Positions 28,553 through 38,308 of a stretch of 64,000 bases of DNA are shown piece after piece. Below the pieces are notes generated by a model that was given only the letters and a program-made list of their open reading frames with translations, was not told the DNA's origin and did no database searches. Made by a program: the position numbers and the translations under genes. The first letter of the stretch is position 1. The number at the start of each line of letters is the position of its first letter. The stretch is from a virus. The stretch covers positions 1 to 64,000 of the IMG/VR virus record IMGVR_UViG_3300009155_000048; one strand, given 5' to 3'.

Positions 28553-30565
28553 TTATTCTACTGGTAGTTTGTTTGGATTTTTAGTAAAATATCTAAGTGC
28601 CTGAATCATTGAAAATTCTTTACCCTTTATCTCATTATAGATTAATCTAAAGGAATATTCTAAGGTAGCAGAAGTCATCTGTAGATAATAATTGATTTCA
28701 TCTTCATCATTATATTCTGGAAATACTATCTCAAACATCTTAATGAATTTTGATAATCTATCTTTATCAAAACTTGGATATTTTGTATTATACTCACTAA
28801 CACCTTCACAAAATTCAATTAGTGAATTCTCAAATATTTTTTTAATTTGTACTTTTAGTAAATTTGATTGAACATGATTTCTATAAATATTCTCAGCTGA
28901 TAAAAATGCCAAATCAAATATAGTGTTATTGCCTTTTACTTTAATATCCAAAGAGTCATTAAATATTTTTAGTGCATTACTAAATCCACCATTATCAATT
29001 ATTGTATTATTATTAGAATAGAAATTTTGACTATCTTTTAGTCTAAAGTTTGCAGATTCTAATTCTTCTATAACATCATCAGAATTTTCCTTTTCTTCTA
29101 ATGATTTTAACATTTCAACATAATGTACATTCATATAAACCTTTTTATAATAATCATCTATTAAAATAAATTGAGTAGAATCATCTTTTATACTTAATTG
29201 ATAGAACTTAATAAGATCAGAAGTAGCTATACAATCTTCATTTTCAACTTCATCACCAATTGAGAATATTTCTTTATATCTTGGTATATCAGATTTTTTA
29301 ACCTCATAAACACATTTCACATAGTCTTTATGATACCATCTACCATTTATTTCTTTCATAAGTGATTTCAAGTACCAACTACCATCCATTTCATCTTCAG
29401 CAATTAAATCATGATCTTTTGGAAACCAATCTGTATCTCTTGAACTTATATAAACTTCAACAGAGTCATCTTTTGGTAAGTTATCTGATAAAGTTTCAGA
29501 ATAAACACTATCCCCATCACATATTTCTGAATTATGATATTCACTCCAACAACAATTATTCATAGGTAAGTAAGACTGATGATACTCTGACCAAATTACT
29601 TCTTCTTCTGGATAAGATTCATCTATCCACTCACAATAAACTAGATTCTGCCTATCAAAACCACCACCAGTATCTTGACAGTATAAAAGTTCTCTTTTAA
29701 CATCAACACTCGGCTCATAATTATACAGCTTTTTATTCACTGTATAATAATAAGGCATAGTATCCATATATGGGTAATATTCATATTCTTTAGTATCACT
29801 TTCTAATTGCACCACAAGCCTACCAGAATATTTCTTAAATGATAACTCACAATTTTTTTCCTTAACCCAATTTAACATCATTTCTTCTTCAGAAGAATCA
29901 GTATAATAAATTCTATCTAAATATGGACCTTTATCAGTTTGCCAAAGTAAAGCTCTTGATACAAGTTTTTCTTCACCATCTTCAAATTTGGTTAATATTA
30001 AAAGATTACAAACACTAGGATTTTCAACATAAATATCTAAGTATTTTTGACACTCTTCATATCTCATACAAGACTTACCGAGTGTGCCATATCCACTTGA
30101 TGTTTTTTCACAATAATTATCACCTAAATACCAAAATCTAATATCCTCACCTTTAACCAATCTGATTGGATCTTTCTTTTCTTTTTTGGATTTATTTGTA
30201 TTATAAGCAGCTTTGAATTTATCAACAAACTTACTTAATTCGACATCAGTGTATTCTTTACCATTATCTTTGAGAATCTGTCTAATAATTCTGGATATAT
30301 TAGTTTTATTATTTTTATCCGAGAATAAATCTAAAGGATTAATACCAGACTTTATTTTATTTTGAAATTGATTATCTGATACAAAGTGCAATCTATCATT
30401 AGTATCTGATAGGTCTATGGCATTATACTGAGTTTTAATGTCTTTATTAACTAACTCTAAAAAATCTTGGGCGATTTTATCGTCAATTTTCTTCAATATT
30501 TCTTCGAAATATCCAGAAGTAAATAGAACAGATTCCAATAAAAACTGATAATAACCTTTAATCAC
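28553..30565 (-). CDS. SCM...RALxW...DRIY family protein (paralog 2); probable start GTG 30565
   Basis: GTLGKSCMRY, SRALLW, YLDRIY, YPYMDT; (M)IKGYYQFLLES start. Confidence 0.7.
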   Translation of the reverse strand: MIKGYYQFLLESVLFTSGYFEEILKKIDDKIAQDFLELVNKDIKTQYNAIDLSDTNDRLHFVSDNQFQNKIKSGINPLDLFSDKNNKTNISRIIRQILKDNGKEYTDVELSKFVDKFKAAYNTNKSKKEKKDPIRLVKGEDIRFWYLGDNYCEKTSSGYGTLGKSCMRYEECQKYLDIYVENPSVCNLLILTKFEDGEEKLVSRALLWQTDKGPYLDRIYYTDSSEEEMMLNWVKEKNCELSFKKYSGRLVVQLESDTKEYEYYPYMDTMPYYYTVNKKLYNYEPSVDVKRELLYCQDTGGGFDRQNLVYCEWIDESYPEEEVIWSEYHQSYLPMNNCCWSEYHNSEICDGDSVYSETLSDNLPKDDSVEVYISSRDTDWFPKDHDLIAEDEMDGSWYLKSLMKEINGRWYHKDYVKCVYEVKKSDIPRYKEIFSIGDEVENEDCIATSDLIKFYQLSIKDDSTQFILIDDYYKKVYMNVHYVEMLKSLEEKENSDDVIEELESANFRLKDSQNFYSNNNTIIDNGGFSNALKIFNDSLDIKVKGNNTIFDLAFLSAENIYRNHVQSNLLKVQIKKIFENSLIEFCEGVSEYNTKYPSFDKDRLSKFIKMFEIVFPEYNDEDEINYYLQMTSATLEYSFRLIYNEIKGKEFSMIQALRYFTKNPNKLPVE

Positions 30566-30619
30566 AATTTTAAGTGTATTGATTTTAATATATATATTAA
30601 AATTATCCACCGAGAAACT

Positions 30620-31384
30620 ATGCTTAAAAAGTTCAATGAATATTTTGTTCAAGCACAATTTGAACCAATTAAATCTTTTTATCTTAAAGATGACTTAAAC
30701 CGTGATGTTTGGGATGATAATGATAAATTGGATGAAGATATTAGAGAGCAATTAATTAGGATTGGAGAAGACTTTTATGAAGGATTAGAACTATCTGCTG
30801 AAATTGTAGATATTGCTTTCTGTGGTTCATTGTGTAACTACAATTGGTCAGAATATAGTGATGTTGATTTACATATTATTGTTAAATTTGATGACATCAA
30901 TGAAGATCACGAGTTGGTTGAAAAAATGGTAGACTACGCAAAGAAAGTTTGGAATGAACAACATGATATCACCATTAAAGAATTTGATGTAGAAATAGCT
31001 GTCCAAGATGAGGAAGATTTATATGGCGCTATTGAAGGTGGTAGAATGGGTGGTGTTTACTCATTATTAAATGATGAGTGGATTAAGAAACCAAATAAAG
31101 AAGATTTTACACCAGATGAAGATTTAATTAGAAAGAAAGCTTCTGATATTATGACCACGGTTAAGGAATTAGAAGAAGATTATGGATCAGGTGTTGAATA
31201 TGATGAATTAATGAAAAAACTTAAAAAAGTTTGGAAAAAAGTTAAAGATGGTAGACAAGCTGGTTTAGATAGAGAAGGAGAATACTCAATTGAGAATTTA
31301 GTTTTCAAGTTATTGAGAAGAAATGGATATATCCAAAGAATTATGGATGTAAGAAGAAAAGCATATGATAAACAATTTAAATAA
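30620..31384 (+). CDS. Pol-beta superfamily nucleotidyltransferase
   Basis: GSLCNYNWSEYSDVDLH (GS...DxD). Confidence 0.8.
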   Translation: MLKKFNEYFVQAQFEPIKSFYLKDDLNRDVWDDNDKLDEDIREQLIRIGEDFYEGLELSAEIVDIAFCGSLCNYNWSEYSDVDLHIIVKFDDINEDHELVEKMVDYAKKVWNEQHDITIKEFDVEIAVQDEEDLYGAIEGGRMGGVYSLLNDEWIKKPNKEDFTPDEDLIRKKASDIMTTVKELEEDYGSGVEYDELMKKLKKVWKKVKDGRQAGLDREGEYSIENLVFKLLRRNGYIQRIMDVRRKAYDKQFK

Positions 31385-31386
31385 TT

Positions 31387-32079
31387 ATGTCAAATATTAA
31401 GATAAAAGAAATTGAAGAAACCTTCAAACTCACTTTTGAAGAAGAAGAGGGTAAAGTTAGCTCTATTGAAACTGTTTATGAAATGTCGGAAAATGAAGAC
31501 TTTTATAAATTAGTAATATCAATACATAATCTTTCTATTGAAGATACTTTAATTATACACACCAAATTTATTTTTAAGACTGATTTAAAAAAACAAAATA
31601 TCATTGATGATTCTTTTATTTATTTATATGATATCAATTGTATATACCATAAAGTTGAGTTCAAAAATGTAATAGACTTAAAAAATAAAATTGAAGATAT
31701 TATTAAATCTAATGATTTTGGTGAAGATATTCAAATTCTTTCCGATTTTATCGAAGCACCGGCTATGTTCTTGAATTACTATATGAAAAGAGCTAAGATT
31801 ACAGATTACAGTATTTTTGATGTTATTTATGATCCTAAATTCAAAACACAACCTTGTGATAAGACTACATTTGACTTTGATATCAATATTAATAATAACT
31901 ATAATATTCATTTATCTATTTCTAAAATAGAAAGAAAAAATGATGATGATATTGATACTTATAAATTTCAATTTAGATTCTTAGATGAATATAAAACTGT
32001 TACAAATGATACATTAAATAATATACACTTTATCATTGGTAGTAATATTGCCAAAATATTAGATGAAAAGTTGAAATAA
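31387..32079 (+). CDS. Hypothetical protein
   Basis: 230-aa ORF in operon. Confidence 0.6.
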   Translation: MSNIKIKEIEETFKLTFEEEEGKVSSIETVYEMSENEDFYKLVISIHNLSIEDTLIIHTKFIFKTDLKKQNIIDDSFIYLYDINCIYHKVEFKNVIDLKNKIEDIIKSNDFGEDIQILSDFIEAPAMFLNYYMKRAKITDYSIFDVIYDPKFKTQPCDKTTFDFDININNNYNIHLSISKIERKNDDDIDTYKFQFRFLDEYKTVTNDTLNNIHFIIGSNIAKILDEKLK

Positions 32080-32118
32080 TAAAAATAATATATACATATA
32101 TAAAATAACTCAATAACT

Positions 32119-33102
32119 ATGAGAAAAGACAATACACAAAACTATCAAACTCCAAACACTAGAATACAACATTTTAGTGATTTCACCGCAAATGCTGGTG
32201 CTGAAAAGAAAGAGTTAGGTGATGTTAAACGTTCATTTATGGATAATGAGGATAATGTCCATAATTTACCAAATTTAACTAAGATGAAGTATAATAAAGT
32301 TACACATAAAATGGACACCTTATCTAAAGATGAGGTAAATGATAAAATTGACTCACTAGGTGATGTTAAAGAACCATCTCATAAATTTAAAATTGCCGAT
32401 GATGAAGTAAATCCTAATCATAAATTTCAAAACAACACAGAAGTTAAAGAATCAAAGATAATCAAATCATTTGAAGCTTTCGGAGCTGGTTTTGTTGATA
32501 ATCCACAAATTCCACAATTAAATAAAAATATGGAAGTTGATACACCAATGGAAGATGAAATTGAAGGTGGGTGTGGATGTTGTGATGATTGTACTGGTGA
32601 CATGGGATGTCCTTGTGGATGCGAAGATTGTACTTGTTCATCTGATGTTGATTATAGTGATGAAATGGTTAGTTATGAAAATAATGAAGATGTTAAATCA
32701 TATATGTTTTTTGGTAATCTACAAACAGTTCATAGATTGTCTTGTGAATTATCAGAGTATCCAGAAGAACAAGTGAATAGTCTATTAAATGAAGGTCACA
32801 ATTGGGCAGAAGACCATATATCAGTAACTAAAGAATTAGTTAGTCATGTTTATAACTTTTTAATGAATAAAGGGTTAAATGAACATTTAGATGTGAGTGG
32901 TGTAGAGCACGGTGGTGGTAACAATTATATGTTCTTTGCTAATCTTAAAAACATTTCTAAGTGTTGTGAAGAAATACTTGAGATGGATAGAGATGTGATA
33001 GATGAACTATTAGAAAATGGACATGATTGGGCAGAAGATCATATGGCTGCTGCAAAAGAAGATATAAACCAAGTTTACGACTGGTTAAAAAGTGAAATTT
33101 AA
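32119..33102 (+). CDS. Hypothetical protein with Cys cluster and duplicated YMFFxNL...GHxWAEDH domain
   Basis: Internal repeat visible in translation. Confidence 0.7.
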   Translation: MRKDNTQNYQTPNTRIQHFSDFTANAGAEKKELGDVKRSFMDNEDNVHNLPNLTKMKYNKVTHKMDTLSKDEVNDKIDSLGDVKEPSHKFKIADDEVNPNHKFQNNTEVKESKIIKSFEAFGAGFVDNPQIPQLNKNMEVDTPMEDEIEGGCGCCDDCTGDMGCPCGCEDCTCSSDVDYSDEMVSYENNEDVKSYMFFGNLQTVHRLSCELSEYPEEQVNSLLNEGHNWAEDHISVTKELVSHVYNFLMNKGLNEHLDVSGVEHGGGNNYMFFANLKNISKCCEEILEMDRDVIDELLENGHDWAEDHMAAAKEDINQVYDWLKSEI

Positions 33103-33104
33103 AA

Positions 33105-34685
33105 ATGCTAAAGAAATATACAGACTTTTTATTTGAATCATTATTATTAGAATCTACTTTGATTTATTCTGATAAATTTAAGAATTTACTCAAAGAAATA
33201 GATTCTCCAATAGCTAAAGCTTTACAAGATATTGAAAGTAAAGACTTAACTGTAGCTAATAACTATATTGATGTATCTGATGATAAAGAACAAATTTCTT
33301 TTATACCGGATAGAAGAGCTCAACAAATATTAAGTCCTGAAAATTTAGAAAAATTTGCTATTTATAATGGTGATGGTGGTATACTAACTCATGGACCATC
33401 AAATACCGCAATCTTTGACTTATTAGATTATCAACCAACCGGTGATAGAATGTATAGACCAGAAGTAGGAACAAAAGGTGAAGTTTTATCAAAAGCAGTT
33501 GGACCATCATCTGGTAAAACATATCTTAAAATACAATTTCCAGATGGTATATCAGTTATCAACCAGGAAAAAATTAAATATGAAGATGTAAGTAAATTAC
33601 CATTTACACAAGGTCGTCAAAAAATCAGAATTGGTAGAGGAATTAAAGGTCTTCTAGCAGCAGGTGGCGCTACTTTTACTGATACCGAATTAGAAAAATT
33701 TGTAAATCTTTACAAAGCTGAAATTGAAAAGATGAATGATGTCTTTAGACATTTTGAGTTAGTGGAAGGTGATGATATTGCTAATTGGTATAATTATAAC
33801 AATTATGAATTAGGAAGAAATAAAGGGCCATTAAGTGGATCTTGTATGTGTTCAGTTCCATCAAGTTACTTTGAAATCTACACAAGTAATCAAAATAGTT
33901 GTGAGTTATTAATACTTAAAACAGAAGATGGTCAGAAAATAAAAGGTAGAGCATTAGTATGGAAATTAAAATCACCAGAAGGAATTACTTACATGGATAG
34001 AATCTATACACATAATGATTCTGATGTAGAGTTATTCAGACAATATGCTAAGAAGAATGGTTGGTATTATAAACCAAATAATAACCATATGACTAGTAAT
34101 GATATGGTATCACCTGATGGTTCAGTTGTTAGAATGGGAACATTAGTGGTTAAAGTTAAAAGAGGTGGATACGGAAGATATCCTTACTTAGATACACTTA
34201 AATATTATAACCCGGAAAATGGAACTTTATCCACTGAACAGATGGGTGATTGTTATACATTAGAAGACACAGGAGGTTCATATACAAATAATGATGATTG
34301 TGATTTTTGTGGTGGAGATGGTCGAGTAGATTGCCCGGATTGTGACGGAGATGGCGATTTTAGATGTTCAGAATGTGACGGAGATGGGGATATTGAATGT
34401 TCAGGATGTGATGGACATGGAAAAGTAGATTGCTCAAGTTGTGATGGAGAAGGAGAAGAAGAGTGCTCATCTTGTGATGGTACTGGAAAAGATGGTGATG
34501 ATGATTGCTCAGATTGTGATGGTAAGGGTAAAATTGAATGCTCAAGCTGTGATGGAGAAGGTAAGAAAGAATGTGATGAGTGTAGTGGCAATGGTACAAT
34601 TGGATGTGATAATTGTGGTGGAAATGGTAGAGAAGATTGCTCCAACTGCGATACTTCCGGAAGAGTAGATTGCCCAGAATGTTGA
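33105..34685 (+). CDS. SCM...RALxW...DRIY family protein (paralog 3) with C-terminal DnaJ-type zinc-finger array
   Basis: GPLSGSCM, GRALVW, YMDRIY, YPYLDT; 12 CxxC units. Confidence 0.75.
   Translation: MLKKYTDFLFESLLLESTLIYSDKFKNLLKEIDSPIAKALQDIESKDLTVANNYIDVSDDKEQISFIPDRRAQQILSPENLEKFAIYNGDGGILTHGPSNTAIFDLLDYQPTGDRMYRPEVGTKGEVLSKAVGPSSGKTYLKIQFPDGISVINQEKIKYEDVSKLPFTQGRQKIRIGRGIKGLLAAGGATFTDTELEKFVNLYKAEIEKMNDVFRHFELVEGDDIANWYNYNNYELGRNKGPLSGSCMCSVPSSYFEIYTSNQNSCELLILKTEDGQKIKGRALVWKLKSPEGITYMDRIYTHNDSDVELFRQYAKKNGWYYKPNNNHMTSNDMVSPDGSVVRMGTLVVKVKRGGYGRYPYLDTLKYYNPENGTLSTEQMGDCYTLEDTGGSYTNNDDCDFCGGDGRVDCPDCDGDGDFRCSECDGDGDIECSGCDGHGKVDCSSCDGEGEEECSSCDGTGKDGDDDCSDCDGKGKIECSSCDGEGKKECDECSGNGTIGCDNCGGNGREDCSNCDTSGRVDCPEC
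34299..34682 (+). repeat. Coding tandem CxxCxGxG repeats (mostly 11-aa period)
   Basis: CDFCGGDG, CPDCDGDG, CSECDGDG ... CPEC. Confidence 0.85.
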
Positions 34686-34695
34686 TAATAAAACT

Positions 34696-34875
34696 ATGGA
34701 AAATATTTTAACATATGAAGATTTTGTAACCGAGAGTTACAATAAACCAAGAAAGGGCATGAAAAGAAGATGGTCAACTAAATATAAGAAGGCCATCAAC
34801 TGTTCAAACCCCAAAGGCTTTTCTCAGAAACAATTTTGTAAAAGAAAAAGAAATGGTGGAAAATACAAATCTTAA
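34696..34875 (+). CDS. Unannotated 59-aa basic protein with capsid-targeting-like N-terminus
   Basis: MENILTYEDFVTES...WSTKYKKAINCSNPKGFSQKQFC. Confidence 0.7.
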   Translation: MENILTYEDFVTESYNKPRKGMKRRWSTKYKKAINCSNPKGFSQKQFCKRKRNGGKYKS

Positions 34876-35309
34876 ATAGATATAGAAGGATTGATTTTAT
34901 CAACTCTTTTTTCATGCCTACCACCCTCAAATTCCGTGTCTAAAAATACCTCTACTATTCCAATTGCTTCTTCAATTGAAATAAATCTAGCAGGTAAACA
35001 CAAAACATTAGCATTATTATGTTGTCTAGCTAGTGAAGCAATCTCACTATTCCAACAAAGAGCAGCTCTAATATCTCTCCATTTATTCGCAGTCATACAA
35101 ATACCATTTCCGGTACCACAGATTAGAATACCAATAACAGATTCTTCATCTAAAATTGAAGCAGTAACAGCATGTGCATAATCTGGATAATCTACACTTT
35201 CAGTAGATTCAGGTCCAAAATCAATTACAGGGACTCCTTGTTCGGAAATCCAATTAATTAAGGCTTCTTTCATTTCATAACCAGCATGGTCAGATCCAAT
35301 TGCAATCAT
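34872..35309 (-). CDS. rpiB: Ribose-5-phosphate isomerase B
   Basis: GSDHAG, VDYPD, CGTGNG, ARQHNNANVL, FEGGRH. Confidence 0.95.
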   Translation of the reverse strand: MIAIGSDHAGYEMKEALINWISEQGVPVIDFGPESTESVDYPDYAHAVTASILDEESVIGILICGTGNGICMTANKWRDIRAALCWNSEIASLARQHNNANVLCLPARFISIEEAIGIVEVFLDTEFEGGRHEKRVDKINPSISI

Positions 35310-36004
35310 AATAATTCATCTAATTTTCTATCTCTATTAATTTGGACATATTTAGCATTATATTCATTCACATAGTGAAGATTAATAAAGTTATTTTTAT
35401 TTAAAACAATTTGATAATTTAATTGTGATATAAATTTCGGCCCACTCAACGAAGTGGTGTTAATATTTGAAGCCACCGGTTCATCAATTTCATAATTATA
35501 ATTAAATGAGTCTTCTTTACCACAAATGATTGTCTTATCATCCCATCGCTTGAAAGCATCTATATAAACAGATATACCTCCAATTTCACCTAATTTATAA
35601 AAAGTATTACTATTACTTACCTTATTTATAGATTCATTGTGGAATAAAACAGATTCTTGAGCAAACATTCCAATTTGAGATGAACAAATGATAAAATCAA
35701 AGTTATTTTCTTTTAGATAATGATAGAGTACACCCATACCATCCGATTCGGATAAATTCATAACATCTAAGAATTCCTCTGATGTAGATTTCATTTCCTT
35801 AAATATTTCTTTATGAAATGATTGAGACAATTCTTGTATCAATAAAGAATTATATTTCGCATCAATATCTAATTTTAGATTAAATGCGTTTTGAAGTGAT
35901 ACCATTTCATCTCTAGTGATAGACATAGATACTTGTATTTTCTGTGATACCGGGAGTCTTTTATCCAACACTCCTAATTTTAATAATTCTGAATTAATTT
36001 GCAT
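35306..36004 (-). CDS. Truncated major-capsid paralog (C-terminal half) with RDRKLDELL tail
   Basis: SLLIQELSQSFHKEI and YKLGEIGGISVYID align to MCP SILVNELSQTISKQI and YPVGQIGDIQIYVD. Confidence 0.75.
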   Translation of the reverse strand: MQINSELLKLGVLDKRLPVSQKIQVSMSITRDEMVSLQNAFNLKLDIDAKYNSLLIQELSQSFHKEIFKEMKSTSEEFLDVMNLSESDGMGVLYHYLKENNFDFIICSSQIGMFAQESVLFHNESINKVSNSNTFYKLGEIGGISVYIDAFKRWDDKTIICGKEDSFNYNYEIDEPVASNINTTSLSGPKFISQLNYQIVLNKNNFINLHYVNEYNAKYVQINRDRKLDELL

Positions 36005-36200
36005 CTATTAAAGTAAATCTTTTTTCACCATCTTCTGATTCAGAATTCCAAATCTCATATGGTCTAACATACACCGAACCAAAGTTCAGTGACTTATACA
36101 CAACCAATCTTTCTTGTGTTTCTGTGTGTACTGCCATTGATATAATCTCATAGGTACCACCTTTGTAATGTTTATAAACTTGCCCCGGTAGTGGATACAT
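35994..36200 (-). CDS. DUF1653-family protein
   Basis: YKHYKGGTYEI..MAVHTET.E.LVVY...VYVRP...RF. Confidence 0.85.
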   Translation of the reverse strand: MYPLPGQVYKHYKGGTYEIISMAVHTETQERLVVYKSLNFGSVYVRPYEIWNSESEDGEKRFTLIDAN

Positions 36201-37152
36201 CTTTATTAGTTAATTTTTTACCAGTAGTTGGATCGTAATTTAGAATTAACATCTCAACACCTTTTGCTTGTTCTTTCTTTGTATCAGCGTTATTACCACC
36301 TTGTGCTGAACTTCTAAATACTTCTTTTTCAGTCCAAACATATTGGTCTCTTGGTAACAACTCTTCCAACAAAGGAAAATAATAATAAGAAAGCGACCAA
36401 CGACATTTAGTTGTTTTCAACAATTCCAACAATCTTCTATGAGAAGCTGGTCCAAATACACCTTCTTTATCAGCACCATACCAAAATAATCTCTTAGCAT
36501 CATCTTCACCTTTAGATTCATCAAATCGAGCATATGGTGGGTCTAAATACAAATAAGTATCTTCCGAGTCATACTTAGTAATCAATTCTTCAAAGTCAAT
36601 ATTATAAAACTCGGTGATTGATTGTAATTTTTGAGTATAAGTATTCTTCTTTAATTTAGAAATAAGAACTTCTAACTTCAAACGGTCTTTATCTTTTTTA
36701 TAACCGGAGAAACCACCACCTCTTGGGTACACGCTCGAAAAACTTGATGTAATTAAGAAGGCATAAATAGCAGCTTTTTCAAAATCACCAATTTCAAAAT
36801 TCATATTATCAAGAAATTCATTTTTTGTATATTCTTGATATACTTTTTTGTAAAAATCCCATTTTTTGATTGGATCAATTTCGTTTGTGTGTAACAAAGT
36901 ATTTTTAAGGTCCTCTAAATAAGGTAAAAATTTACCAGGTTCCGAACAACATTTATAAAGATTAACTTGATGACGATTTTTATCATTATAAATAACTGTA
37001 TCAAATTTCAAAGATTCATCATCCATATATGTGGCCATTGATCCAGAGAATGGTTCAATATATGTTTTTATTTCACTTTTTGGAATTTTTGAATTTATAA
37101 ATTCCTTAAATGCTGAGGAGCTTTTTCCTCCAAAATACCCATATAATGCCAT
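36172..37152 (-). CDS. Dam-like (D12 class) DNA adenine methyltransferase
   Basis: YFGGKS, YIEPFSG, YND.N, YLDPPY. Confidence 0.88.
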   Translation of the reverse strand: MALYGYFGGKSSSAFKEFINSKIPKSEIKTYIEPFSGSMATYMDDESLKFDTVIYNDKNRHQVNLYKCCSEPGKFLPYLEDLKNTLLHTNEIDPIKKWDFYKKVYQEYTKNEFLDNMNFEIGDFEKAAIYAFLITSSFSSVYPRGGGFSGYKKDKDRLKLEVLISKLKKNTYTQKLQSITEFYNIDFEELITKYDSEDTYLYLDPPYARFDESKGEDDAKRLFWYGADKEGVFGPASHRRLLELLKTTKCRWSLSYYYFPLLEELLPRDQYVWTEKEVFRSSAQGGNNADTKKEQAKGVEMLILNYDPTTGKKLTNKDVSTTGASL

Positions 37153-37188
37153 GTTAATTTTATTTTATTTTTTATTTATATCAGAATC

Positions 37189-38100
37189 CTATAAGAAGTT
37201 TTTATATTCTTCTTTAATAAAATTTTTATATCTAGTCATCAATTTTATACAATCATCATCTATTTTGTTACCTCTTGATATATTAGTAATTTTTTCAAGT
37301 GGTCTTAAATTATCTAAAGAATTAGCAATATGAAATGGAGTATCATCTTTGAATAAGGAGACATGAACTATATGGTCAATTTGCCATTTTTTTCCATAAT
37401 TTTCCCAACTAAGATCATCATAAAATTTACTCTCTAAATTTGATTTTAGTTCATCAGGAGTGTATTTTAGTAAATTATACGTTTTGTCTATTTTAAATAA
37501 AGTTTTTCTATTCAAATAGTTTTTTAATACTTGTCTCCAAGCATGAATATGTATATTCTTTTTATAATTATTTTTATCTTTTTGTCTTCTATCCTCAATC
37601 CTTTTAGAATTTCTGATTTTCCTATCGATATCTCTACAAGATTTACAAATGTGCATATATCTTCCATTTTTAATCAAATAGTCCGACAATTCTCTGTTAA
37701 TATTACATTTTATACAATTTATGTAACCTCTTTCTTCTATTTCTTTTGTTATCTTATCATATTTTTCTTTTGTTTTTAACTTATTTTCTTCACTTCTATT
37801 GAATTTTTCATCACCATAGACTTCTTTAAGTGTTAGTTTATTTTTAAATTGAGCACAAGATGAATTACAAGTGTAGATATTATATCTTTTAATATTTTTA
37901 TTATATTTTTGGTAAGCCAAAAACTTCTCACTTCCACAAATATCACACTTAACATTTATTTTTAAATTTGACTCAACTGGTAGTTGATTTACTGGTATTT
38001 CAATTTTATGATTACACTTTATATCCTGATATCCTAAAGATTTATAATATTCTATATTTAGGTGTGATATTGTTGTTTTAATGTATTCATCCAGAATCAT
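37189..38100 (-). CDS. HNH homing endonuclease with N-terminal zinc/DNA-binding domains
   Basis: SWENYG..WQIDHI...NSLDNLRPL...N; CDICG. Confidence 0.8.
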   Translation of the reverse strand: MILDEYIKTTISHLNIEYYKSLGYQDIKCNHKIEIPVNQLPVESNLKINVKCDICGSEKFLAYQKYNKNIKRYNIYTCNSSCAQFKNKLTLKEVYGDEKFNRSEENKLKTKEKYDKITKEIEERGYINCIKCNINRELSDYLIKNGRYMHICKSCRDIDRKIRNSKRIEDRRQKDKNNYKKNIHIHAWRQVLKNYLNRKTLFKIDKTYNLLKYTPDELKSNLESKFYDDLSWENYGKKWQIDHIVHVSLFKDDTPFHIANSLDNLRPLEKITNISRGNKIDDDCIKLMTRYKNFIKEEYKNFL

Positions 38101-38152
38101 AACTTTATTTACATTTTTTATATAACTTATATATAAAAAATATCACTTCCTT

Positions 38153-38308
38153 ATGGAAAAATATAAACAAACAAAAAAGAAATATAACTCAGACAAAACT
38201 TTTGTTCAGATATCAAAGGATCTACACCAAAAGTTAAAAGATCATTGTAAGGAAAGTGGAATAAGTGTTAAAGACTTCTTGGAGAATTTAATTTCCAAAA
38301 ACATATAG
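38153..38308 (+). CDS. Unannotated 51-aa ribbon-helix-helix-like protein
   Basis: TFVQISKDLHQKLKDHCKESGISVKDFLENLI. Confidence 0.65.
   Translation: MEKYKQTKKKYNSDKTFVQISKDLHQKLKDHCKESGISVKDFLENLISKNI

Noticed and set aside
34253-34668. ORFs 34253-34645(-), 34360-34599(-), 34441-34668(+)
   Set aside because: Shadows of the CxxCxGxG repeat region.
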